NCBI RefSeq assembly: GCF_001447785.1
Contig: NW_015176566.1
Span: 1-64,000 of the forward strand
Length of the DNA stretch: 64,000 nt
Direction: 5' to 3'
DNA from: Gekko japonicus
Lineage: Eukaryota
Shown here: positions 11,750 through 25,092 of the stretch, in pieces
Layout: the number at the start of each line of letters is the position of its first letter
How positions within the stretch are numbered: position 1 is the first letter of the stretch
The notes under the pieces: generated by a model
What the model was told of the DNA's origin: nothing
The model's input: the letters and a program-made list of their open reading frames with translations, nothing else
Databases searched by the model: none
Position numbers and translations under genes: made by a program

Positions 11750-14009
11750 AGAGGCTGCTGAATGCATAGGTCTAACAAATAAAAGGTTTAATCAAATAGA
11801 CATTCATAGATTCCCACTCAGACCTGCTCTACCATGCAGCAGAATGAAATGTAGAAGTCTGAGAAAGCAGAATGGGCTGTATCACTATTGAATACATAGG
11901 GGAGGGAATCATATTTTTCAGTGCACCCCAGGGGGAAAAGATTCTAAGTTAGCCCTTTGCTAGATGTGCTAATTTTAGGGCATTGCTAATATAGGATAAA
12001 TTAGAGAAATATAGGGCGCAGTCCTAAACAGGTCTCACAAGTAAGTGCCATGAAGTTGAATAGGATTTGCTCTCAGGTCACTGCACATAGGCCTGCAGCC
12101 ATAATCCCTTACCTGCATTCTGAGGTGGTGCAGTCCATTCTACCACCTCTGACTCCTCATTACCATCTCCTTCTGCTGCATGCCTACAGCAGGCTTCAGA
12201 TTACTGAAGACAGTGGAGTCACCTGTTCATAGTTGTTGTTGTTCAGTCGCACTGTTCATAGTGGGGAAGGGGAAAACAAGAGGGATTGAATGCATCCCAC
12301 TCCCTCTCCATAAAAAATATGACTGACAGCATACTAATTATTTGAATGAGGCTGCATATATCCAATTGGCAAGTGAATGTGTCTTTTGACTTATGGGAGC
12401 TGTACAGATTCCCTGATTGCATGTGTTCTTCATTATGTCTGCTAACGCACATCTGTGCATTATGTCTTCATGTCTGCTAAGTACACAAGTCTGAAGGCTT
12501 CATTCCATGCATGTATGCCTCTAACTGGATGGGAGTTCTGAGTTTCAAATTTCAGTTATGACTTTCAGAATCTAACCTTTGCTTTTAGTCCAAACTAATA
12601 GTAAATTAGGGTGTTGGCATCCAAAATATGAGATAAGAGAAAATAAGATGGTCATATTTTATTTTAGATTATACTTTAAGTGTGTTTGTGTGTGTGCGCG
12701 CGTGCGTGTGTAAATTGGTGTGATATAGCAAAAACAATCAAATCAACAAAAATGTAGGGAAGGAGCTGCAGATATATTAAGAAAATTGGAAACATTTCAT
12801 TTATGAGGATCTTTTCTTCTCAATGTTTTTATTTTGAAAAAGTATTATTATTTATTATTATTAAAATTTCTGAATCACCCCATCCCTGGGGTGATTTACA
12901 ATACATTAATATACACAGTACGGTTTAAAATCAACAATCAGTTAATCCCAAAGTTTCACAGACTTCTGATGGTATTTATAATTTATCATCTGTTTATTAC
13001 AGAACTTCCCCATAACATACAGTTGCCCTATCAACATTATTACACTTATGTGTAAACTACGATGCTCTCCCATGCTTGACTTATATGCCTTTTCAGTCCT
13101 TTCTTGAAATTCCTGTACAAAATAATTTATTACAAATGTTAAAAGAAATGTTAAAAACCCTTCTGAGACCATTGGGTTCCATGGCACCTTAAGGACTACC
13201 TGTTTTGGGCTACAACAATAGAGTACTATTCAGTCCTTAAGCTAACAGGGTTGTGTCCCCCCAAAAAAATTAAGAGGGTGGTGCATGCAGAAGGTCCTCA
13301 AGTTCAGTTGCTGGCATCTCCAGATAAATGGATATCTGAAATCCACTCCAGTCAAAGTATGAGATTCTGGGCTAGATGGATCAATGGTATAAGGCAACTT
13401 CATATGTTCAATGATATAAACCTTTCAGCATAGTAAACCCCATTAAATCCAGTGGGGCTTCCAAATCAGTATACATATGATTGAATAGAATATTAATGAA
13501 GCCTTCTGGACACTAGTTTAGGGAAAGGTTTTGTTTTGTTACTGTCACAAGACCCTGACGACTCCCCTTTGCTGCTGCTAAAGTCCTCAAGCCCCCCTTG
13601 CTCCACCACCTTGGTGACCCACCCTTTAAAGCAGCAGGGGCCTCAGACACCTGAACGGGGAGGGTCGGCTACTTCACCATCCCTACCACAATGTTCCCTC
13701 TGGATGGTTGGCGCTCTGTGTCTCTATTCCAGAATTGCCCTATTCCAATCCAGGTAGTCATCCCTGGCTGCATCTCACCTGAATCAGGAAGTAGTAGCGG
13801 AGATCGCGGCCCCTCCCAAGAGTTGGCATCCTCAGTTATGGAGGGGGCGGGGCTTGGGAAGGGAGGAGGGTGGGGAGAGCACAGGGAACACTGGGACACA
13901 GCAGTAGGAAATAAAAGGAAGCAGCAAAATCTCTTTTAAAGGGACAGAGCATTTTTTTCTCCAGGCTAGTCAGTAACCTTCTCCAGTATGGTATTCAATG
14001 AAGATGTAA

Positions 14010-14150
14010 GCTGAATTATCATTAAATGACCCAATTTTTTGTACCATTGTTTTTGGTGCAGATTTCTTTAGGCCTTATTTTAATGAAATTTGCTCTTCAC
14101 CCAGGAAAGCTATCCACCTCTGTCTTTCCCAGAAATTCCTGGAATATTTC
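14010..14150 (+). promoter_or_regulatory. Candidate OR promoter (homeodomain + O/E sites)
   Basis: TCATTA 14019-14024, TTTTAATGA ending at 14086, O/E-like CACCCAGGAAA 14098-14108, TTTCCCAGAAA and TTCCTGGAA. About 6.7 kb upstream of OR 20826. Confidence 0.35.
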
Positions 14151-14167
14151 CAGTCAACTTTGCTTTC

Positions 14168-14310
14168 TCTAAAGACTAACAAGATTTTTGGTAGGATATG
14201 AGCTTTTGTGAGTCACTGGTATCTGAAGAAGTGAGCAGTGATTCACAAAAGCTCATACTCTACCACAAATTTTGTTGGGCTTCAAGGTGCTACTGGACTC
14301 TTACTCTTTT
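14168..14310. mobile_element. Short palindromic Penelope-like pLTR remnant
   Basis: Inverted arms (atgagcttttgtgagtcact / agtgattcacaaaagctcat) around ctgaagaagtg. Ends resemble 25560-25640. Confidence 0.7.
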
Positions 14311-15074
14311 CTATTGGAGGACAGCTTGACAAACTTGATCTGCAATTTGTGAAAGCAGTTGTAAGTTAACCTCTGAGAATTATCAAAAAGTAAATTAAAC
14401 ATTTACCTTCTGAGGTTCCTGTGAGATAATGTGCCATTTCATCATGCCTTTCACTTCACAGTTAAAAACAGGGACACTCAACAGGGACATTCTTGGGGTT
14501 TTGTAATGTCCATATTTGTGGGCCCAGGGGCATGGAGGGAGTGCAGGTGAAGAACTGAAACAGACACCGTGATTTGAAGAAACAGATTTTTATTGATTAT
14601 ACCATAGGAGCATTGGTGTAATACAGAGATGGATCCAGAATCAGGTGACCCACCTGTCATCCAATGAACGCTGCACACACAGCTCGCCTGCTGGGGCGCT
14701 ACCAAGGAGTGGCAAAGACTAGGGAACAGCGTGGCCACTGGCTACTGTGTAGTTCCCTTGCCACCTGGTGTTGAGAGCCCTGCTGACAGCCCCCAAGCTG
14801 GGCATGCCACTGAATTGGCTCTCCCAGAAACTCTTTAAGGGAGTCCTCTGAAGCGCAGTAGGCAGGCATACCACTGGCAACCCTCCATCATTAATCACTA
14901 CTGAAGAAAGTCCATAGGTGCAAATATTCTAGGGGCAAAATGTCTCCATTACCCACTCAGTTTTGGGAGTTGTCAAGATGGCAACACTTCAGACTGCAGG
15001 GGAGGAACTATAAATCATATTTTGACATTATTTGTGTTAACAATTCCCTGTAAGTGGGAAACTAGCACCATATG

Positions 15075-15812
15075 CAGAGGTTGATTCGGGGGGAATTGCG
15101 GGGGATCACCATTCCCCCAGGTGAGGTGTGGGGGCGGGGCACATGATGAAGCCCCACCCCCTGCTTCCGGCCGCCCCGCTTCTGGCCCTCATTCAGCCAG
15201 GAGGAGGCAGGAGAAGAGGGAGAGTAAGTTTCTTCCTCCCCGCCTCTCCCCACCCCTGCCTACTTGGGGCCAGGGAGGCCCTTGGCGGGGCTTGCTCGCA
15301 CTCCTGCTGGCCTTGCAGGTCCACCGCCGGGCCGCTGGGACCGTTCGGGGTGGGGGGTGGGGGCCCTTCACAGGGCTTCCTCGCCAGGGCTCGGATCAGG
15401 GCACCGGAGGTGGAGTGGGCACATGGTGAAGCCCCGCCCCCTTCTTCCGGCCACCCCCTGCTTCCAGCCTCATTCTGTTGCAAAAGGAGGAAGAAGCAGG
15501 AGGGTAAGTTGGCGTCCCCCCCCCTCTGCCTGGCCGAGGCCACTCCATGTGGCCTCCGCAAGGACTCCCAGCCCTATCCAGGAGCTTCCCCGAGGTAGCT
15601 GTGTTAGTCTGTTGCTGCAAAATAGTCCAAGAGTTCAAATAGCACCTTTAAGACTAACAAATAGCACCTTTAAGACTAACCTTTAAGACTAAGACTAACT
15701 GAGTGGTGGGTGTGGCCTTATGACACACTTCCGGTGATGGCAGGGGGTGTGGCATATGCTAATGAGTTATGCTAATGAGTTCCCCTAGCTCTTTTCTACG
15801 AAACGACCCCTG
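15075..15812. mobile_element. hAT non-autonomous element with GC-rich interior and nested Penelope fragment
   Basis: TIRs cagaggttgattcg / cgaaacgacccctg; perfect 8-bp TSD accatatg at 15067-15074 and 15813-15820. Confidence 0.85.
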
Positions 15813-17139
15813 ACCATATGTGAAGGATTAGGGTACAGCCTTGTCCTAAAATGCAAACTGAGAAAAATGCACCCTGTGCCACTAAATAAGTATGTTGATG
15901 AATGTAGCATCATAAACACATGAACATGGAAATGTAAGAATTCTCATGATGAATCATATCAAAGTTTGTCTAATCCAGCATTCAATTTCCAAACATGGCA
16001 ACCTAGTTTTGAGACCAGTGTGGTATATTATATAGACTATTTTATTTGGTTACCACCTGTTTATCCTGCACCTTTCTCCTAAAAGCTCAGAATGGCATAC
16101 ATTGTTTTTTCCTCCACTATTTTATGCACACAACACCCCTATGAGGTTTTTTAGGCTGAGTGAAAGTGACAGGTTTAAGATCACAGATAAAACTTCATGG
16201 AAAATGGGGATTTTAACCCAGTTGTCCTGAGCACTAATACAGAATTCTAGGTGCCACACCACATTGGACCACTAACTTGAAGGTTATGGTTACTACTGTC
16301 TTTGGACAGAATTACCAAACTATTTTCCATAAATACATTATGTAGTGACTTACAACCATTCATATCATTTATATTATCAGTGATTATTTATGCCACAAAC
16401 TGAGATCTCTCATGAATTTAGATCACAGGTCATAACACACCTGCAAACTCTTGGAATTCAGTGATCCATCCATTTCAGTTACTCATCTTTGTCAGATGTG
16501 TGCTGGCAAAAAAAAATGTCTGAGATTTTGGGTGAGAAAACCAAAATTGGGCAAGCAAATGTGCCCTATGGTAGGTGCTTGCCAATTTTTGCATTGCTAA
16601 CCTAACTTTCCACTGGCACAATTGTGATATAGTTGTAATAACACCTGCTGATTGTAATATGTTGATTATTTGCTAAAGAAAGATATGAAGAAATAACCAT
16701 TCCCTTTGAGAATCAATTTTCCCTTGCTTAACTGGGGAACAGTGTTTACACAAAACAGAGAACATATAATCACTATGCATTCCATCAGGTCATTAATATT
16801 TGAAAGAACTCATGGATTCTATCAGGATTAGAGTCAGGGTCTGGTTTTCCTACTTATGTCTTAAATGTTCATTGTAGAAGATGTGTTATTTTATCCCACT
16901 GCTTGTGACCATATCGGGTGAGTTCATCCATCTTTTTTAAAAAAAAATATTCATATCTAGTGGCCACTACCACAATTACAAGTTCCTGAACAAATATAAA
17001 TTTGTAAGCAGGGTTAGTTTATGGGAGACATCTGCAGCTCACTAGGTTTAACTGTACACAACAGTAAAATGGTGTTCCTGTTCCATCTCAAAGGACACAT
17101 GACACATTGACTAATCTGCTGAACAACCCCTCAGCACAT

Positions 17140-19820
17140 TGATTGGGTCAATATGTGTTTATGTCAGGAGAAAGTGATTAGGTTTTTAGATACTCTCAAT
17201 GACTCTGCCATGGAGTGGATGGTCACAGAACCTACCAGGGGGAGGCAATCCCGGACTTGGTCCTTAGAAATACTCAAGACCTAGTGAGAGATGTAAACAT
17301 GATAGCACTGATTGGGAACAGTGACCATAATACTATTAAGTTTAGCTTTAATGTAAATAGGGAATTGCCCCCAAAATACCAGCACAATCACATTTAACTT
17401 TAGAAGGGGCCTTGTGCATAAGAAACTGAAAGGAAAGGTAAGGAGGGTCAAATCCCTTCAGGAAACTTGGAGTCTATTTAAAAGTATGGTCCCGGAAGCT
17501 CAGATGAAATGTATACCACAAGTTAGGAAAGGCATGAATGGACATTTTTAAAAGGGCTGCACGATTAACAAAAGGCCTGCATGGTTAAGAAGCAAAGTAA
17601 TGGAAGTGATAAAAGATAAGGAGGATTCCTTTGTGTAGTGGAAGGCTAGTCCAAGTGAGGTAAATAAAAGGGAGCACAGGCTTTGGCAAATAAAAGGCAA
17701 GTTGGTACTCAGACAGGCAAAAAGTACTATGAGGAGCATATGGGAAAAAACATAAAGACCAATGATACTTTTATTTCAAATACAAGTAGAAAACCAGCCA
17801 GGGAGGCAGTGGGGCCCTTGGATGACTAAGGGGTGAAAGGATTACTAAAGGATGAAAGGGAAATGGCAGAGAAGTTGTAGAAGATGGGAGGTGCTTGCCC
17901 ACTCCAAAACCATACATTTCAAAAAGGGTTGTCAGAAGACATGAGTCAGATTGAGGTGACGAGAGAGGACATCTTACAACTGATGGACAGATTTTTAAAA
18001 ATGACAAATCACCAGGCCCAGATGGCATACATCCTAGAGTTTTGAAAGAACACAAAGTGAACTTGTGAACCTCCTGATAAAAATATGCAATCTATCACTA
18101 AAATCTGCCTCCATTCCCAAGGACTGGAAGGTAGATAATGTAACCCCCATCTTTTAAAAAGGTTCCAAAGAGATCTGGCAAATTACAGGCCAGTCAGTCT
18201 AATGTCAATACTAGGTAAGTTGGTGAAATCAATTATCCAAGACAGAATCAGTAAGCACATTGATGAACAAAAGCTATTGAGGAAGAAACAGCATGGGTTC
18301 TGGAAAGGACAATCTTGTCCCACTAACCTTTTAGAGTTATTTTTTATTGTATAACCATGTGATAAATAAGATATTGAACATATAAGATGCACAGAACACC
18401 ATACACAAATACTTCTCAATTATGTTGCATTAGAGAAGTGGGTCATAACACCAAATTTAAATCAACCAACTACCAAACATATCATACATATCATACAACC
18501 TTTTAATGTCAGATATTAGGCTTTGAGGGGGTGAACAAACATGAGGACAAGGGTGATTCAGTAGATGGTTTTTACCTAGACCTCCAGAAAGCTTATGATA
18601 AAGTTCCTCATCAAAGGCTCCTAAGTAACCCCAGTAGTCATGGAATAAGAGGATAAGTCCTCTTGTGCATTAAAAACTGGTTAATTAATGGAAAACAGAG
18701 AGTGAGTATAAACGGGCAGTTTTAAAGGTAGTAAGTAGTGGGATACTGCAGGGCTTGGTACTAGGGCTGGTGCTTTTTAACTTCTTCATTAATGTTTTGG
18801 AGTTGGAAGTAAGCAGTGAAGGGATCTGTTGAGGCTGGGCAAGGTATCTGTTGCCCAGAGGGATCTATTGAGGCTGGGCAAGTAGGCATCAACTTGGAAA
18901 ATGAAGTTCAATGTGAGCAAGTGCAAAGTAATGCACATTGGAGCAAAAGATCCTAACTATAAATATACATTGATGGGGTTCAAATCGGTAGTAACTGACC
19001 TGGAAAGAGATCTTGCGGAGTCGTGGTAGTTAACTTACTGACGATGTTGACTCAGAATGCAACTGCAATAGAAAGGCAAATGCAATGCTGGGGATTATTA
19101 GGAAGGGGATTGAAAACAAATCAGCCAGTATCATAATGACCCTGTATAAATCAATGGTGCAGCCTTATTTGGAATACTGTTCTGACAAATGTTCTGACAA
19201 CTGCACCTCAACATAGATGTTATAGAATTTGAGAAGGTGCAGAAAAGGGCAACAAGAATGATTAAGGGGTGGAACTCCTTCCTTATGAAGAAAGGTTAAA
19301 GAGGTTAGGGCTTTTTAGCTTGCAGAAATGACAGCCAAAGGGTGACATGACAGAGGTTCATAAAATTATACATGGGAAAGAGAAGGTAGAGAAAGAAGCA
19401 CTTTTCTTCCTTTCTTATAATACAAGAACTTGTGGGCACTCAATGACATTGATGAGCAGTAGGCTTGATGCAGATAAAAGGGAAGTAATTCTTCACTCAA
19501 AGAGTAATTAACACATGGAATTCACTGTTACAGGAAGTGGTGGCAGCACAAGCATAGACAGATTCAAGAGGGGATTGGATAAACAAATGGAGCAGGGGTC
19601 CATCAGTGGCTATTAGCCACAAGATATAGATAGAACACTGTCTGGGGCAGTGATACTCTGTATTCTTGGTGCTTGGGGGCAAGACTGGGAGGGCTTTTGG
19701 AGTTCTGTCCCTGCTGCTGGGCCTCCTGATGGCACCTGGGTTTTGACCACTGTGTGACATGGACCGTTGGGCTGGATGGGCCACTGCCCTGATCAAACAT
19801 GGCTTCTCTTATGTTCTGAT
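17140..19820 (+). mobile_element. CR1 LINE, degenerate ORF2 (EN end and RT) plus 3'UTR
   Basis: CR1-type nucleotide motifs (tcaccaggcccagatggcatacatcctagagt; aattacaggccagtcagtcta; aagttcaatgtgagcaagtgcaaagtaatgcac) and a cttatgttct tail. Many stops. Confidence 0.9.
18339..18520 (-). mobile_element. AT-rich insertion nested in the CR1 (probable LINE 3' end)
   Basis: Separates CR1 cttttagagtt from ctttgagggg; starts with a T-run. Confidence 0.55.
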
Positions 19821-20825
19821 GGTCTTAACCCCAACATTGCTCATACATCATCCCTGAATATTACAAAAGATTTTGGGGGACACTGTGTCCATACAGGATG
19901 CATTACAAGGGAAAACAAGTAATGGTGGTCAGCGAATCTTCCAGAACAGTTTGTCCCCCATTATTTATCTCTTTGGGGATCACTTTTTAAACTTCTAAGG
20001 AATCTCAGACCTCCTGTGAGCTCTATTGGCAAACTACTACAATAGTATGGGTGAGATCTAGGATTTTCACTCTGTCTCACCCAACTCCTCTCCTTACTAC
20101 AGTTGCCATCTCACATGGCTTTTGTCCTTGCAGGTTCGATGTTCCTTTTCGGGGTGGTCAAATGGAAACCTCCCTTCCTTCCTCCAAAAGGCTGGCTGAT
20201 CTCACCCTGTTTCACAAGTTGCACTTGTCTTAAATTTCTGTTTCTTTTAACATAAACTTTAATTTCTATGAGTCAAAGGTCAATGTGACTTCATGTACTG
20301 CATATGGTGCTTCTTTTCTCTAAAACAGAATAGCATGCATAGATTAGGGATAAGTGTATGTATGTCTGTTGTTCCATGAATTAATAATATATGTAGTTAT
20401 GGTGCTTTGACATGTACATCACCACCACCATCATTATCATTATCAGATTTATAAACCACCCTCCCATGGAGGGCTCAGGGTGGTGTACATTATAAATTAA
20501 ACATGAACAATTAAAAAAATAAATAGACAATAATACATTGTTAAAACAGATAAAGCATATAATTAATCCAGATAATAGATGGCATACATATAATTTTACT
20601 CCCTCTGTAGGATGGATCACATGCTGTGGTTGGTAAGGCCAGGTGAAAGCCATAGTAAGGAACTGTTGCTGTCCTCAACTGTAGGCCTCGTGGGACATCT
20701 CTGCTTTGCATGCCCTGTAGAACTGAGCAAGGTCCTGCAGGGTGCTGATGTTATATTAAAGTCCAATCAAATGCAATGGAAAACAATGAAGATGCCCTTT
20801 TTCTTTTACAGGTAGCTAAAAACAA

Positions 20826-21746
20826 ATGGAGAACCAAACCAGTGCCTCGGAGTTTATTTTCTTGGGACTTTCCAAGAACCCTCAGCTGCAGATTTTCTTA
20901 TTTTTTGTGTTCTCCACCATTTACCTAATCACATTATCAGGCAACTTAACCATCATTCTGGTTATAAGAATGGACCCATCACTTTATACACCAATGTATT
21001 TTTTTCTGTCTCACCTGTCTTTTGTTGACATCTGTTATTCTACGGACATTGTCCCTAAAATGTTGATGGATCTTCTGACAAAACAGAAGACGATATCCTT
21101 TGTAGGCTGCCTTACACAAATGTTTTTCAGCCTTCTGTTGAGTGTCGCAGATGTTTTCATTCTTTCAGCAATGGCTTATGACAGATACACTGCTGTGTGT
21201 CACCCACTGCACTACGTTGTGATCATGAACAAAACCATATGCACTTACTTGGTGATGGGTGCATGGATAATGGGTGTTCTTTTTGCAATTATCAACACAG
21301 TGCCAACATTAAATGTACAGTTTTGTGGCTTCCGTGAAATCAGCCACTTTAGCTGTGAACTTCCACCACTACTAAAATCATCTTGTTCTGACACTTTTAT
21401 GAATAATGTGATTCTTTTTTCTTCTGTTGCAATTTTTGGGCTTGGATCCTTCCTACCAACTCTGGTCTCCTATATTCGCATAATCTCTACCATCCTAAAG
21501 ATCCGCTCTGCAGAGGGCAGGAGCAAAGCCTTCTCTACCTGCAGCTCCCACCTTATTGTGGTTGGCTTGCTATATATGACAGGAATGACACAGTATATGA
21601 AACCCAGCAAAGTCTCTTCCATGACACTGGATGAGATCTTCTCCATCCAGTACAGTATTTTGACTCCCATGTTGAACCCGATTATCTATAGCCTGAAAAA
21701 TAAGGAAGTGAAAAGGGCTCTTGGGAAAATATTTGGAAGCAAGTAA
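20826..21746 (+). CDS. Olfactory receptor, class II, intact (306 aa)
   Basis: N-glycosylation site ENQT; LYTPMYFFLSHLS, MAYDRYTAVCHPLHY, KAFSTCSSHL, PMLNPIIYSLKNKEV; seven hydrophobic segments; acceptor ttcttttacAG just upstream. Confidence 0.97.
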   Translation: MENQTSASEFIFLGLSKNPQLQIFLFFVFSTIYLITLSGNLTIILVIRMDPSLYTPMYFFLSHLSFVDICYSTDIVPKMLMDLLTKQKTISFVGCLTQMFFSLLLSVADVFILSAMAYDRYTAVCHPLHYVVIMNKTICTYLVMGAWIMGVLFAIINTVPTLNVQFCGFREISHFSCELPPLLKSSCSDTFMNNVILFSSVAIFGLGSFLPTLVSYIRIISTILKIRSAEGRSKAFSTCSSHLIVVGLLYMTGMTQYMKPSKVSSMTLDEIFSIQYSILTPMLNPIIYSLKNKEVKRALGKIFGSK

Positions 21747-22082
21747 AGACTATACACTGTTTGCTCTAAATTGTTAGAATAGTGGTGGAAGTTTGAACTT
21801 GATTTTGCCAAAAATGATTCATTGACTTTTGGCACAGTAACCAGATGATACAGTGAGAACCTGTTATCTGTCCTTGGAATTGTTGAATTGACCAGATACC
21901 ATAATATAGGGTGAGCCTCACCTCACTGAAAACTCTGTGAACTTTTCCACTGTCAAACTAACTTTTTATTTCTCTCTAGGGATGTTATAATATTCCCCTT
22001 TTCACTTGATCTGTGTTTATGTGTTTTGATCCATTTTCATTACTGTTATTTCCAACTGATTTTTATAGCATTTTAATACCTC

Positions 22083-22292
22083 TGTGTGTGTGTGAAGTCC
22101 TGTCAAGTCATAGCTGAGTTATAGTGGCTCTGTAGGGTTTTCAAGGCAAGAGGAGGTTTGACATTGCTTTCCTTTGCGTAGCAAACCTGGAATTCCTTGG
22201 TGTTCTTCCATCCAAATAGTAACCAGGGCCAACCCTGCTTAGCTTCCAAGATCTGATGAAATTGGGCTAAACTGGGCCATCCAGGTCAGGGC
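22083..22292 (-). mobile_element. 5S rRNA-derived SINE
   Basis: Reverse complement reads gatcttggaagctaagcagggttggccctggttactatttggatggaaga (5S internal control region), followed by a non-5S tail and (CA)n. A partial copy lies at ~39775-39885. Confidence 0.8.
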
Positions 22293-22581
22293 AAACCATT
22301 TTATGCTCTTTGTGTGCAATTAATGAGAAACCAGCATTCATTTAGTGGGGAGAATTTGTCATGAAGAAACAGGAAATTGTATCTATTATAATAAAAAGGA
22401 TCCATCTTTCGCTCTGTTCATCCGTCCATCCATCTGTGGCATGCATGACACCTCAGAGAATGAAGCTAGGAGACTCAAATTTGGACCTCCATTTCAGGAT
22501 GATAATGGGAGCTGTAGTGCCATACTGGAAGGGAACTGGAAAATCCTAACCCACATAATCTCCAGTCCACACAGACACACA

Positions 22582-23067
22582 GGCTGAGTTCAGACTGGCA
22601 GTTTGGCCCGATATAGGCATGTTTCACAAACAGATTAAAGGGGACAGTTCACACAGCCACAGCTGTCAGGCATTCCCCAGCCGTACTCAACCCGACCTAT
22701 GATGATTCACTACCAGGGGTCATTTCTTGCAGGAGCACACAGGAGTGGAGCTCTGGCAGCAAAGAGCCCAGGGGGCAGGCACATGCAACAAGCCCCACTC
22801 CCTGCTCCCAGCAGCCCTCAGTCAGAGCAAGAAGCAGCCAGGTAAGTTGCAGAGCTCCCGGCGCATGTTGCCAGAGTGGAAAAAAAGCCGCTTACAGCTG
22901 TGCCTCCACCAGGGGCAAGCCAACAGTGCAAACGCTCCCTTGCGCCTCCTCTCCGGTATGCTCCCACATCAGTAGGTGCAGTGCAACCGGGAATCCCCAG
23001 CACAACTTGGTCCAGGTCTTTTTGCCCCACCTCCCTTGTGCTTCATACTGCCAGTCTGTCCTCAGCC
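22582..23067. mobile_element. PIF/Harbinger-like MITE
   Basis: 21-bp TIR ggctgagttcagactggcagt (2 mismatches); 3-bp TSD ACA. Confidence 0.85.
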
Positions 23068-23708
23068 ACAGTGTTTCCATTTGAAGCTATGGGTGTTTCT
23101 GGAAGGTACAACTCATTAGAAAATAAAGGTCTACATTTGACAACTGATCACCAAGTTCAGCATGATGATTGATGGGTGCTGCGGTGGCAAAAACGAAGGG
23201 ACTGTGGAGATCCTAGACTGGGTTATGACCACCAATGCTATTTGCCATGAAAGGAAAGGTTGTCTGTGGCAGGCACAACTCATCAGAGCCCTTAAATTGG
23301 CCACCAGTTTCAGGATAATCAAGGGACTCACAGTAATTTGCAATTGAAGAAAAAAATTACATCAACAGTAAATGGAAAAAAATAATACAAATACTTGGAA
23401 AAGAATACATTTTTTGTCCTTATAATTAAAACAAGAATTGTGACATTTTGAAGTTTAACAGGTTTATTGTGCTGTGAGCTATGCTGATTAGACACCACTC
23501 CATTACTATAATTTTTCTACCACTGGATATGTTGAAACAAGACAATAATATTTAAAAGTCCTGCCCAGGTAGATCTCTCTGGACACTGAGTATTGGGCAT
23601 GCAATGCAAACACACAGGGTTGGATCCAGCTTTTCTGCTGGTGAAAGAGAGAGGAGAGCTCTAGCCACCATAAAAGCCATGCAGAAGATCATGGGGCATG
23701 CATGTTTA

Positions 23709-24752
23709 GGATCGATGTGTGACAGAGACAGCAATCAAGAGATGAATTGGGCAACATTTATTGAGAGAACATCGAGAGAACAGCACTGAGAGAATTGTGA
23801 CTGATCCAAGGTCAACTAGCTGGCTGCATATGGAGGAGTGGGGAATCAAACCCAGTTCTACAGATTAGAGTCTGCTGCTCTTAACCACTACACCAAACAG
23901 GAAATAAATAAATAAAAGATAAATCTAGATACATAAAGATTGCACAAGTATTTTATACAAAAGGGAAAAAATACATATATGGTAAGAAGTAAACAATGGG
24001 AGCATACCAGATTGATCTCCATGTCATCTAGAACCCTTTTAAAGTTTTATGTACAAATAATGATAATTGTGCTTCATTTGACTCGCGTGGAGCCACCCTA
24101 ACCATGCAGTCCCAAACAAAGTCACACCCTTCTAAACCCATTCACACAGTATGGGAGGGGTGTCAAACATAAGGCCTGGGGGCCAGATCAGGCCTGTCCA
24201 GGGCTCTTATGAGGCCCGCGAGCAAATGATGGATCGATGTGTGACAGAGACAGCAATCAAGAGATGAATTGGGCAACATTTATTGAGAGAACATCGAGAG
24301 AACAGCACTGAGAGAATTGTGACTGATCCAAGGTCAACTAGCTGGCTGCATGTGGAGGAGTGGGGAACCAAACTCAGTTCTACAGATTAGAGTCTGCTGC
24401 TCTTAACCACTACACCAAACAGGAAATAAATAAATAAAAGATAAATCTAGATACATAAAGATTGCACAAGTATTTTATACAAAAGGCAAAGATACATATA
24501 TGGTAAGGAGTAAACAATGGGAGCATACCAGATTGATCTCCATGTCATCTAGAACCCTTTTAAAGTTTTATGTACAAATAATGATAATTGTGCTTCATTT
24601 GACTCGCGTGGAGCCACCCTAACCATGCAGTCCCAAACAAAGTCACACCCTTCTAAACCCATTCACACAGTATGGGAGGGGTGTCAAATATAAGGCCCAG
24701 GGGCGGGATCAGGCCCATCCAGGGCTCTTATGAGGCCCGCGAGCAACTGATG
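23709..24752 (+). repeat. Tandem duplication, period 522 bp, nearly identical copies
   Basis: ggatcgatgtgtgacagagacagc...gaggcccgcgagcaa starts at 23709 and again at 24231. Confidence 0.97.
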
Positions 24753-25092
24753 CAAGGGAGGGAGTGCTGGGGGAGGGCAGAGCCACTCCATTACAGCTTT
24801 AGCAAAGCAGAACAACCTCTACTGCAACAGTCAAACATTGTGGGAGCATCTGTCCAGTATGGCACTGCTGCCTCTCCAGACCGCCTCTGTGGGTTTTCCT
24901 CTGCATACCCCTCCCACCCCAGGAGGCCTTGCAGTGAGGACACACCAACTTGGAGCATACCAGCTGCTGTCCTTTATACAGTTTCTATCTCTGGTACCTG
25001 GCATTACATTTTATGGCACACATGGCCCAGCCCAATAAAGAGAAATTTATGTCAGATCCAGCCCTTGTAAAAAAATGAGTTTGACACCTCTG
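24676..25092. mobile_element. hAT MITE
   Basis: Ends aggggtgtcaaa / tttgacacctctg; degenerate 8-bp TSD cagtatgg / tagcatgg. Confidence 0.75.

Noticed and set aside
15640-15700. Short direct repeats resembling an array (CRISPR-like)
   Set aside because: Eukaryotic context, no spacers; slippage of a Penelope end.
22200-22292. Possible 5S rRNA gene
   Set aside because: Diverged, lacks the 5S ends and is fused to a SINE tail.
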